From: Vicugna vicugna
Lineage: Eukaryota
Length of the DNA: 64,000 bases
Direction of reading: 5' to 3'
Assembly (NCBI GenBank): GCA_013265495.1
Contig: MU062380.1
Location: 3,411,540 to 3,475,539, forward strand
A program made the translations under genes and the position numbers. Positions 12,328 to 23,224 of the stretch are shown here, one piece after another (positions within the stretch are counted from its first letter, which is position 1; the number at the start of each line of letters is the position of its first letter). A model generated the notes under the pieces. It searched no databases, was not told the DNA's origin, and saw nothing but the letters and a program-made list of their open reading frames with translations.

Positions 12328-12624
12328 TACTTGCTGGTTGTTGTGAAAGTGGCAATTGGTTATAATCAGGTCTTGACAAGGCTGACGAGGGGTGGCCAGG
12401 AAAGGGCATCCAGGAGCCTGGACCAGGTGGTTAGGTTCTCCTGCAGTGAGAGGACAGGCAAATCAGCACAGAAAGGAATAGGAAGTGGTGTCTGTCACTA
12501 CTTTAGTTCTGTAGTTTTAGCACATTTCCCCCATTTGTTGCCATGGCAGCAATTTTGTTATGCTGCTAATAAGTTTTTATCTAATAATCTGTAATAAGAG
12601 TCAGCTATATTAAGGTCTAGGCAC

Positions 12625-12809
12625 TAAGGTTGCCATTTAAAATACAAGATGCCCAGTTACATTTGAATTTCAGATAAATCACGAATAATTTTTAGTATGT
12701 TCTGTGCAATATTTGGACATACTTATACTAAAAAATTACTTATGGTTTATCTGAAATTCAAATTTAACTGAAAAGCCTGTATTCTTATTTGCTAAATCTG
12801 GCACTCCTA
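12625..12809. mobile_element. MER53 palindromic hAT MITE inserted in an L2
   Basis: Ends taaggttgcc...ggcactccta. Perfect 18-bp inverted repeat at 12661-12678 / 12746-12763. Matches the recalled MER53 consensus. Confidence 0.85.
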
Positions 12810-13320
12810 TGGGCATATGGTGGTCAAGGAGATAGACATGGTCCTTGTTCTTACAGAACTTGCATTCGAAACAGGGAGACAGATAAAATACACAAACAAA
12901 ATAATTACAAATTATGAAATATGCAAAAAACAAATAGGAACTGAGATTGGAATGACAGGTGGGATGGAGAGATTGGTCTTTAGAGAGGAAGGTCTTCAAT
13001 GACCTTCCACATGACATTTAGCCAGACCTAAAGCACAGGAAGGAGCCAGTCATTGGAAGCCGGGGTGGGGTAGGGAAAAGGAACATTCTAAGAAAAAGGC
13101 TTGTGGGTTTAAGGAACTGAAAGAGGAGTGGATATGAGGAACCCAGCAGCAGGCCATTGCAATAGTCCTGGACTAATGAGGTGATAGCAGGGACAGAGTG
13201 GACAAATCCCTGAAAGCTTTGGAGTAGACCTGAAAGAATCTGTTAGTGGACTGGATGTAAGGGGTGCAGGAAACCAGAGTTGAGGGCAAGCCTGGGACAG
13301 CTGCTGGGTTTCTGGCAGTG
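12810..13320 (-). mobile_element. L2 fragment
   Basis: gatagacatggtccttgttcttacagaacttgcattc... is antisense L2 3' sequence, continuing across the MER53. Confidence 0.65.
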
Positions 13321-13479
13321 GCATTTCATGGTCCCAAGCAATAAAGTGAAGTTATCTTTGAGGGTGACAGAGGCTGGTGTGCCTTCCCAATGCTCCCTAA
13401 CATAAAGAAGTCTTTATTGAAAATTAAACACAGTTAACTAGTAAAGTAGTTAATACCTTTAAATAAATTTTAAAATTGA

Positions 13480-13872
13480 CCACTATAGCAGAAGTTGCCA
13501 GTGGCTCACCTACATCACATCAGCAGTCACCATCCAGAGTTGACCAGCTGCTTCCAAATGCCAGCATCACACTGGCAACAATGCCTGAGGCCCAGATCAG
13601 AACAACAGTGCTGAGGATTGAATGGCCCTGGACACAGCCCTCAGCCAATGACAAATGGAAATTAGTGGATAAATACGCCAGCTCTCTTGCCCCAAACCTC
13701 TGAGGCTCATGTTTGGCCCTGGTTCCCTGCAACCTCCAGAGGGACTAAGCTCCACTGCCCATGGTGGCAACTTCTGATGATGCATCTAGTAGTAGCTTCT
13801 TCCTTCTCACCTCTCCACTCCCCTATGGTGCATCCTAGGCTCTTCTCCCAAATAGCCCCAAACTAAGGCAAC
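13480..13872 (+). mobile_element. ERVL LTR (LTR16-like)
   Basis: gccaatgac...ataaatacgccagctctcttgcc and the 3' end aggctcttctccc...ccccaaactaaggca resemble LTR16/33. Confidence 0.5.
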
Positions 13873-14447
13873 TACTAAATACTTTATTCCCAAACTCCAG
13901 CGCTTCCTTAATGAGCTCATTCTAACCCACCTCTTTTACACAAACCTGGACTCTCATCCACTTTGGTTCACTCTATCATCAGCTTGGTGGCAAAGCCTTC
14001 CTAGGGCTAAGGAAACATTCTGGGTTTGCATCCATTTAGCATCCAAGTCCATGTACTTTATCTCCCCACTGCTGGCAGCAACTTGCCGGCAGGAGACAAT
14101 ATTTCACCAGGCCAGGCTATTCACGCTAATTAAAAAAAGATTTAGTTTCCTTCTGTTGTGCTTCAGATCAGCTAGAAAGATCTGTAACATTTCCTTAATT
14201 CCCTATTCCTGAAGATACCCTCCTGTGCCACGCTCCTCAAGAAATAAACAATCTCTCTTAGAAATAAAAGAAATATTTTTTAAAGGCACCCTGATTAGGT
14301 TTCCTCCAATGACAGGAGGGTTTTCTGCCAGATCCCTTCATCTTTATATAGTTTCATGTTAGAGAGAATGAAATAGAAGCCACTCTTCTCTTTTTACTTT
14401 TTGAGAGACTTCTTTCACAGACAGGGCTACCGGCAATGGCTCTAGAC

Positions 14448-14652
14448 CAATGGTTTTCAATAGAGGTGATTTTATTCCCTTTGCCCAAGACATCTGACAA
14501 AGTCCAGAGGCATTTTTGGTCGTCACAACTAGGGAGGGTACTACTGGCATCTAGTAGGTGAAGGTTAGGGATGCTGGCAAACATTTCTACAAAGCACAGA
14601 CAAAGAATTATCCGGGACTGAATGTCAATAGTGCCGAGGCTGAGAGACCCTG
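14448..14652 (+). mobile_element. MER20 hAT-Charlie MITE, near full length
   Basis: Close match to the recalled MER20 consensus. 8-bp TSD ctctagac (14440-14447) / ctctcgac (14653-14660). Confidence 0.88.
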
Positions 14653-14662
14653 CTCTCGACCC

Positions 14663-14845
14663 AGCAGTTTTCAGCTTCAGCTGTACATTGGATCTCCTGG
14701 CACTTTCTAAAACTCCAAGTGCCCAGGGTGCATTTCAATTCAACTAAATTAGGAATACTGTACATAGAACCCAAATGAGAGGTTTTTTTTTTTTTTTAAC
14801 TCTTCAGGTAATTCTAATAATGCACAGGTAAGGCTGAGGACCACA
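14663..14845 (+). mobile_element. MER5B-like relic abutting MER20
   Basis: cagcagttttcagcttcagctgtacattgg...caggtaattctaataatgcac...gaggaccacag. Confidence 0.55.
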
Positions 14846-15451
14846 GTTTTAAAGAAACTACCTAAATCTAAAGATTTAAAGAAAATTAGTATGCAAAACA
14901 TTCTCTGTTTCCAACCCCAAATCCTGGTCCAAACTCTGGGCTTCCTAGGGTCTATAGAAAGGCGAGGGGTGGGGGGTGGGTAGCAGGGATCTCTCAACAT
15001 GAAACGAAATGGGATGGGGTGAGGTGTGTAGTGAGGGATTACCCAGGAGGAAAAGCAGGCTACAAGGCAGTGGTGGGGAGGGCCACTGCCTCCCTCTAGA
15101 AAGCACAAGATTTGGTGCTCAGCTGGGGCACAGGGAGAGTGTGGGGAGGAAAGAGAAGGTATGAAACCTAAGGCCTAGATGTAAATTATTTATAAAAGTT
15201 AATATGCATTTTCTGTGTTGTAATTTTCCAGAGTGATGAAAGAGTGATCACTCTTGGGTTTGAAGGAAGTTCTGGAAGGTCCTCTGGAAAGATATTTTAC
15301 TATCAAAAAGGAAAAAAATAAGAGGCTTGAGAGCTGACATTTAAATTTCTTTGTTATACTTAGTAATCAGCTTTCATTTTGATATAATCAAGTTTATATA
15401 ATTGCATGACAAATCTGAGGTATGTCCAAAATGTATCCTTTTTGAGTCAAT

Positions 15452-15830
15452 GTAGTACATAATTAAGAGGACAGACGCTGAAGCCAGATTGCTTGGTTTC
15501 AAATCCAGGCTCTACCACTTATCAGCTGTGTGACCCTGAGCAGGTTACTTAACCTCTCTGAGCCTCTGTTTCCTCAGCTGTAAAATGTGGCTAATAATAG
15601 TACCTACTTCATAAGGAATCCAGACTCCAGAATCCAGACTGTGCTTTCATAGCTGAATGAGTTTGAACAAGTGACTTAATCTCTCTGAGCCGCATTTTCC
15701 TTATTTGAAAGAAGAAAATAAATAATTTATTTCACAAGGATTTGGTGGGGGCTAAATGAGACAACACATTGAGAGCACCCACACTGCTTTCAGCACATAG
15801 TGAGCATAGACAAATTCAGTTATTATAATT
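15452..15830 (+). mobile_element. Two tandem MIR SINEs
   Basis: ttcaaatccaggctctaccactt...tgtgaccctgagcaggttacttaacctctctgagcct, then a second core ttgaacaagtgacttaatctctctgagcc. Confidence 0.8.
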
Positions 15831-16331
15831 GTTATTGTTTATTATTGCTGTTGTGACTCAGTGAATAAGTAGCCTCAGAGAGGCTATTGTGTTACCTACT
15901 GTAGGATACACTGGAACTAGTAAGCCAAGGTCTTTGTCCCTAAATAAACTAGGCTTTAGATGGGGAGGAAGGCATGTATCTTTCTAAAGCAATACATAAC
16001 AGAAGCTCAAAGTGTGGAAAATTTAGAAGTACATACTGCCTTCTTTTCATCATCTTTTAGCTCTTGAAACAAGAAAACCATACTGAAGTTCAATTTAAGA
16101 TCTCAATAGTACATATTAATAGCTCAATTAAAGTGAAAATTAAGACAGAATCTAAAGTTGTTTTGATGTAAGTAGTTCGCATACGACTAACTAAAGAGCT
16201 TTTCCTGGTGGAATCTTGCCTAATAACATGGGCCTTTGGACTCTAATTAGCCTACTCTAGGTCTTTTAAATCTAAAATTATATCAGAAGTTTGGACACAA
16301 CCCACTACAGCACTATTAACAGTGATAACTC

Positions 16332-16333
<2 letters not shown>

Positions 16334-16366
<33 letters not shown>
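16334..16366 (+). repeat. (A)33 homopolymer
   Basis: 33 consecutive A, read directly. Confidence 0.95.
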
Positions 16367-16368
<2 letters not shown>

Positions 16369-16539
16369 AAGTGCATGCAACTCTATACAGTCCCTGGAAA
16401 AGAAATTTAACAAATGAGGCAATTTTGCTAATTCATGAGCATTTACTGCTTTTATTTTGGATCCTTTAAAAAAATTAAAATCTGAAGGACAGGTATATGT
16501 TATGATACCACTTCTCTAATAAAAGGATATGGTATCAAC

Positions 16540-16960
16540 TAAGAGTGCATTCAGTCATAACTGAAAAGCTACTGTTAGCTTAACAACTAGGACTTTATCT
16601 CATAAAAGAAGTCTGAGGCTGCAGGTCAGGATGACAATGATAACATGAAGTGATCCTGAAACCAAGTTCTTTCTGGTTTTCTGCTCTGCTATTCTCAGTA
16701 TATTGTCTTTTCTTTATCTCATTTCTACGCCTCACTTTCATGTGCTAGGACAGACACAAAGGGAGGAAAGCGAAAGCGTGAGGGGACAGAAGGATTCCTC
16801 CCTGGGAAATGTCTTTTATTCAGGCAAGGAAGTTCTCCCCAATACATTTTCCTTTTGTCTCATACACAGAACTGGGTCACATGTCCACCCTTAGACCAAT
16901 CTCAGATTCATTCCCTGGGGCTGGGGTCATGCCCCTCCTCCCTGAGATAAAGGGACTTCC
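16540..16960 (-). mobile_element. Old MaLR LTR (MLT1J/K-like)
   Basis: agaagtctgaggc...ctgctctgctattctcag...cagaactgggtcacatgtccaccctt. Confidence 0.55.
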
Positions 16961-17215
16961 ACCAGCCTCCTGAACAAATCGGGGTTCTATCAGAAGAAAA
17001 GAGAGGAGAGTGAGTGCTGGTGGGCAACAGCTAGTTCCCGCCATGAATACCTTTCTGTAAGAATTCGGCATGAATAATATGAGAGGGGTTGGCTTTGAAT
17101 CAAGTATCTTCACTCTCACAGCCCTGAGAAGAGACAAATCTACTAATACTTGCTTTACACAGAAAATGCTCCAAACATCTGCCTGGTTTTTCACCAAATC
17201 CATCCTTATTAAAAT

Positions 17216-17715
17216 TGTTACCAACCTTCCCGGGTTGGCCGCAGCAAGCGTCCTTCTGCTCCATGTCCATCTTTTGAGCCAGTAGAACAATACCAAGTCT
17301 GCCTTAGAAGCAAAAGAAAGCTTTATTCTTTGATCAATGACTAGAGAGGTGGGAGCTCAGGCTCTAGAGCACATTGTCTCCCAAGACAGCCAGCCCGCGG
17401 GCTGCTTTACAGGGTTCTCTGACGGGGGCAGGGCGGAGTGCTTGCGGCTCATGCGCAGCCGCGCTGCTCCCGGCGCTTTAGACTGAAGCGCGGCCACGGC
17501 GTCTCCTCACGCAGCACGCCACCGCCATCTTGAACTGAGGTGCCCGGTCGGCGGTTCTGCGCTAGGAGCTCTGACCCCTCACGTTAGGTGCCAGACCTCT
17601 GCACTGGGCTCCCTGTGGGCAGGTGAAACTAGACTGAGCGCGGAAGAGGTTAGACTTTATCACCTAGATTCCGTCTTACTTTTCCCCAGGACCCCAGTGA
17701 GCTTTGCCTGTGACA
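17216..17715 (-). mobile_element. Young, CpG-rich solo LTR (ERV1-like, 500 bp)
   Basis: TGTTAC...GTGACA termini, exact 4-bp TSD AAAT (17212-17215 / 17716-17719), AATAAA on - at 17322-17327. Confidence 0.8.
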
Positions 17716-17942
17716 AAATGGCTTTTCAAGTCTTCTGTTTGTATAAGGTAAGGAGGTGGCTGGCAATTGTCTCAATTGTCCCAGCGGTCTCATTTCTATT
17801 CACAAACAGGTTACATGGACAATCTGTTCAAGCCTTTATCCACATCTACTTGGACTTCTTGTTTAATTTTTGAGCTTGTGAGTTTAAGTTTTTTTAGTTC
17901 TTAATCAAAACCTAGAATCTTGATCTTCAAATTAGCAGAGTT

Positions 17943-18490
17943 GTTTTTTTTTTAATAGACTTTATTTTTTTAGAGCAGTTTTAGGTTCGCGGCAAAACTG
18001 AGGGGAAGGTACAGAGATTTCCCAAATACTCCCTGCCTTCAGTCATGCATAGCCTCCCCCCCCCCCCCCCCCCCCATTACAGCTGATGAGACTACGTAGA
18101 CACACCGTTATCACCAAAAGCCCATAGTTCACAGTCGTGTTTACCCTTGGCACAGTGCCTTCTATGGCCTTGGACAAATGTAATGACCTGTATCCACCAT
18201 TGTAGTGTCCCACGGGGTAGTTTCACTGCCCTAAAAATCCTTCGTGCTCTGCCTACTCAGCCTTCCCTTGGTTGCTTCCAGGTTCTGGCCATTCTGAATT
18301 AAGCTGCTAGAAACATCCAAATCCAGGTTTCTGTGTGGACCTAAGTTTTCACCTCCTTTTGGTGACTGCCAAGGAGCATGGATGCTGTGTCATAATGTAA
18401 AAGTGTGTTTAGTTCTGTAGGAAGCTGGCAAACTGTCTTCCAGAGTGACTCTAGCATTCTGCATTCCCACCAGGGATGAATGAGAGTTCT
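17943..18490 (-). mobile_element. L1 3' end (L1MA/MB-like) with an internal deletion
   Basis: T-tail then ttagagcagttttaggttc.... 11-bp TSD ttagcagagtt (17932-17942 / 18491-18501). Confidence 0.85.
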
Positions 18491-20584
18491 TTAGCAGAGT
18501 TTCTTGAAGAATTGGCCAAGTTTCTCTTATCAACACTTTTCCCATAGAGTTAGGCTGTGAGACTAGAAGATCTTTAAAGATCCTTCCAACTCTAACATTC
18601 TATATACTTGTGAATGTGCTACAAAACCTAAAAGTGCACATAGGGGTCCCTGTTCTTGAAAGTGCTGTCTTTCAAACACTCCAGGCCAGATTAGGTGTCC
18701 TTTTTCAGTATTGGACTCCTCACAGCATCAGTTTTTATCCCTTTCAAACAATAGTTAAAGATACGCCCTCTGCAGTCAGGCTGCCCAAATTTAAGTTCTA
18801 TCCCAGCCCTATTAGCTGGAGGACTCAAGCGAGATGATTTAACCTCTTGAAATCTCATCTGCGTAATGGTGATTTTTAAGGTATGTTGGGAGGTACGGAA
18901 AGCATTTATTTTAGCTTAGTGCCTGGAACAAGCAAAAGCTTAATAAATGTTGGCTGCTGTAATTGTTTTTCTCTCTTGTGAGTTCCTCCAAGAAGAAGCT
19001 GTATCTCCATATTGGTATCCTCAGTGCTTAGTAAATGACCGGGCTCAATAAGTATTTTATCAATGCAGAGAACTAATGGCCAGTGTCCTGTTAGAATTCA
19101 ACAGGACACAGGCTCCTCTGTCCCAGTGGCTCTAGGAAACCAACCAACCCCAAACAAACCAACAGTAGCTCATTCTCCTGGTGGTCTGCAGTGATGTCTC
19201 TTCCCAAACTCCCTGATGGGACCAAATTTCTTCTGTGCCACTCCCCCTGCAGAACATGATTTTGGAGGAGAAGCTGCCCATCCAGCTTCTATTAGATGAT
19301 GTTGGGGTTACTGAAACCCTCCCTCTCCATCTACCTTCACCCATGCTACTCTATATAAAATAATAATAATGCTCTTTGATGCTTTCTCCATCTCATATAC
19401 AGCAGGGATAAAACCCTCTTTAGAAAATTCTGTTTTTAATTGATGTGAAATATACAATGTAAGTAGAAAAAAAGGTGCTTAACTGTATACATGTAGTTTG
19501 AAGAGAAGTCCCCTCCCACCTTCTCCTCCTACTCACGACAATTTTATATCATATTGCAGCCCCCAAGTCCCTCCTATATTGATTTCTGGAGCATCCTCAG
19601 CCAGTTGCCTCTTTCCACTACCTCAAGATTTTTCCAGAGCCTAATTATTAAATAAGGGATGAATGATTTAAATGTAACTGGTGTTAAGCAAAGAATTGAC
19701 TTTAAGCTGATAAAGTGATACTCCTTGTGATTATGAGGGAAATGACCTTGAACTGTAGTTCAGGTTTGCTCCAAAAATCTTCAGATTTTTTTTTTTTTTT
19801 TTTTTACTAGCCATCAATCTCCAGGGACATTCAGAGGGCAGATGTCAGACTTTCAGTTTGACTTTAATCCTATAAATCCTGAAGCTTGGCTATGAAATCA
19901 ATGCTCACTGCTCCTTCTTGGAGTGATGAAGAGTCTCTAGGTAGATGACAGTGATCAGTGTCTCTCCAGGCCACAGTGGGCATCAGCGGAAGGAATCTCT
20001 AGCTCAGCTAGAGAAATGGCAGCAAACAAGGCAGCCAGAGAGGAAACTGTTGGGAGTATTACAATCATAGTTATAGGATCCTATAATAGAAACATGATAA
20101 AATTCCATTTGTTCATAGAAGGGTAGAAAGTGGTAGTAGAAGCTTTGAAAATTTAAAATCTTTGTACTTATATATAGCATTATATATTTTACTAATTTTA
20201 AAGTGCTGTTCATATTTTAAAATCATACATATTTGATCAAGAAAGTTTCTTGTTTGGGTCTCTGATCTCTTCAAATACCCCATTAATGATCCTGAAGAAT
20301 GTAGAAATAATCAATACTCTGTATCTCCCCCAAAGTTATGAGAAGACTCTGTCAGGTGCCACCAGGAATGAGAAAGAATAAAACAAAATAAATCAGGGGC
20401 TAAACCCAGTGGGATTTTGATCAGAGCATGAATGTAATTTTTTTCTCCAGGCAGGCTCCATAATAAAGGGTAAAAAGACATAGTACTTAAACAAACCAGC
20501 CTGTTAGAGAAGCAATATTGTTCCAGAGAAGGGAAGGGATGTTGTACAAGGATAAGGAATTATTAAGAAGACTTGCATCTCATG

Positions 20585-20650
20585 CATTAAGGGGAACTAA
20601 TAGAGATAATACATTTAGACTTTCATAAAGCTTTCCACAAGTTCCCATCT
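20585..20650 (+). mobile_element. CR1/L3 reverse-transcriptase relic
   Basis: atttagactttcataaagctttccacaagttcccat resembles the CR1 RT motif YLDFxKAFDKVPH. Confidence 0.45.
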
Positions 20651-21379
20651 AAATGAGCCATCCTTGGATTGGCAGGGGCTGCTTTGTTCTGCATCAAGAG
20701 CTGGCTCAAAAATTAAAAATAATTCTGGCCTGAAGTCTTACAACAGCCTGATTACTGGTCATCCTCCAGTCTCTCTTACCTTAAGATCTTCTTCCAGGAT
20801 CCAGAATGATCTTCCAGGAATGAAAATTCAATCAGGTTACTCCTGTGTAACATCTTCAGTGGCTCCCACTGCTATCAGGTTGCAGTCTAAACTTCTTACT
20901 TGTGATCAGGGCCTTATGATCTGGTTCCTGGTTACCTTCCTCAGTACACACCTGTCATTTTTGGGGTGCTCACATTTGAACCACTGTCTTATGTTTGGGA
21001 ATTCCTTACCTGCTTTAGAGCTGAATGTGCCACATGCTTGCTTTTGCAGTCTCCTTTGCAGCTAGAATTTAGGCACATAACCGGGACTCAGCTAATCATA
21101 TGCTCTGGACTTGGGATGGAGTGACTGGAAGACACAGGGGCCTTAAGGAACTCTTTCCAGCGGCTGTAGTTGTAACAGACTTGAGTTCTTGGGTCAACAG
21201 AGGCAGCATACCAATGTGGGCATCTGTACTCTGTGCCCAGGGCTAGCAGCATCAGTCAGACACATGGCAGCACAGAGTGCTCAGATGAGGTGACAGTTTG
21301 TGTTCTCATCAGACCACTCCTGAGTGTGATTTGGGGCACTGTTCCTGATTATTAACAAAAAAAAAACTTAAAAAAAATT

Positions 21380-21494
21380 GTTTCTTATATTTCAAGTTTC
21401 TCCCCCCTCCCCTTAACGAAAGTACTGAGGATTAAACCCAGGACCTTGTGCGAGCTGAGAGTGTGCTCCACCACTGGGCTGTACTCCTACCCCC
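21380..21494 (-). mobile_element. Diverged camelid-type tRNA-derived SINE
   Basis: Antisense A/B-box head: tactgaggattaaacccaggacct...ctccaccactgggctgtac. Confidence 0.65.
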
Positions 21495-22094
21495 TCAAAA
21501 AATCTTTTGAAATTGATTAAACTCTCAAGAACACATTACTCAGTAATTCTCAATGTTAAAAAAGTGTTTAAAAAATTCTGCCTATGCCTCTCTGGGTACT
21601 GCCTTCTTAAAGTTTAGGCACAAAAGGTAAACTGCAAAAGTCTTTCCTGTTACAGAGGTATATTAGAATAACTCTTCAGGAAAGAAAATTGGTAAAGTCA
21701 AGGATTAATATGTTTAATTTATCTTGTATAAGCCTTAAAATCATTAAGAAAAAAGACACTTTACATCATAAAAATTGGGCAGTGGATTTGAGCAAGCAAA
21801 TAACAAAATAAATTTAAATGGACAAAAATAGATGAAAAAAGTTACACCTCAATAATAAATGAAATGCAAATTAAGACGTTTTCATTAATTAGGTATAAGG
21901 ATAGTAATAGTAAACACTCACTGAAACCTTAATGTGTGCCACTGTTCTAAATATGTTATAGGTGATAACCCATTAAACAATGAGCTTAATAACAGTGTAT
22001 TCTAGCTTATCCATTTTAAAGATAAAGAAACACAGAATTTAAAAACATTCCAGGTCATTTCATCAGTAAGTGGCAGAGCAGGGATACAAAAGTA

Positions 22095-22310
22095 AGGTGA
22101 GGGAGGTGGGACTGAAAGTTCCAACCCTCTAATCACATGGTTGGTTCTCTAGGCAGCCAGCCCCCACCCTATGGTGTGGTCCTAAAGTCATCTCGTTAAC
22201 ATAACAAAGACACCCTTATCCATTTTATCACCTAGGAAATATGGAGGGTTTTAGGAGCTCTGTCCCAGAAACAAAGACCAAATATCTATTATAAATCACA
22301 GTATCTCAGG
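22095..22310 (-). mobile_element. MER21-like LTR fragment
   Basis: gggactgaaagttccaaccctctaatcacatggttggtt...gttttaggagctctgt...acaaagaccaaatat. Confidence 0.6.
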
Positions 22311-22566
22311 ATTTCACTTTAATCTGAAGCTATAACTATCTCCTGGCCATTTGGGGCTTCTTGTACCTGGGAAACAGGAGACAAGAAAAAAAAAATTCCA
22401 TACTGGCAACACTAAGTAACCTTGATTACAGGGAGCCAGGGTTGCTGCTACAAAATGGGAGCAGAGATATGCCTGGCACCCAGGGGATTCACTGTTGCAT
22501 CTCGGTCCTTCCACGTCCGGTGATAACTGTAAACAAGCAGTTGTTGAGACAAAAGCCTGTTGATGC

Positions 22567-23220
22567 TGTTGCCCATAGATGAAACCGGTATTCCAGGTTC
22601 TTGTCCCGTCCCAGAAAGAATTCAGAGACAAGACGTAGTGGTTAAAAAGGTAAAGTGAAGATTTATTAAAGAACGGGTAGCACACTCTCAGGAGAGAGCG
22701 GGCAGGCTCAGGGAGCGGCTGCCCTGAGTTTCTTTGGCAAGTTAGCCACATAGGATGTAAAAATGAATGGGCGGAATATTCATTGGGAGGGAAGGGTTTG
22801 GAGTGTCATATTCCCTCATTATCATCCCAACTCCATGTTCCCAAAGGGTGGAGGGATTTTTGTCCTTACTTAGTCTGGATCGGAAGTGTCATGGCGTCGG
22901 TGCAAGATGGGTACTTCTGATCTGCGAGGCTAATTTTATTGAAATGAGGGCATAATGAGCAAAAGGTTACATTCGGACACTAGAAATTCCTGCCTTTTCT
23001 CACCTTTCTTTGTTCTTCTCCAGGCCACTTGTCATCCCAAAAAGCATGATCCCTTATCAGCCCCAAGATTCCTGCTTTTCTTTCTCTGCCCAAGGATCCC
23101 TGCTGCTTACATGCGTGGTTTCCTGCATTTGGCCTGTGCCCCTCCTTTCTGCCCAATTCCTGCCTTTTGGTCTGTGTCCCACTTTCTCTGCTCATATCTA
23201 GCTATCTGCCTGCTCTAACA
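22567..23220 (-). mobile_element. Young solo LTR (ERV1-like, 654 bp)
   Basis: TGTTG...TAACA termini, exact 4-bp TSD ATGC (22563-22566 / 23221-23224), AATAAA on - at 22662-22667. Confidence 0.82.
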
Positions 23221-23224
23221 ATGC

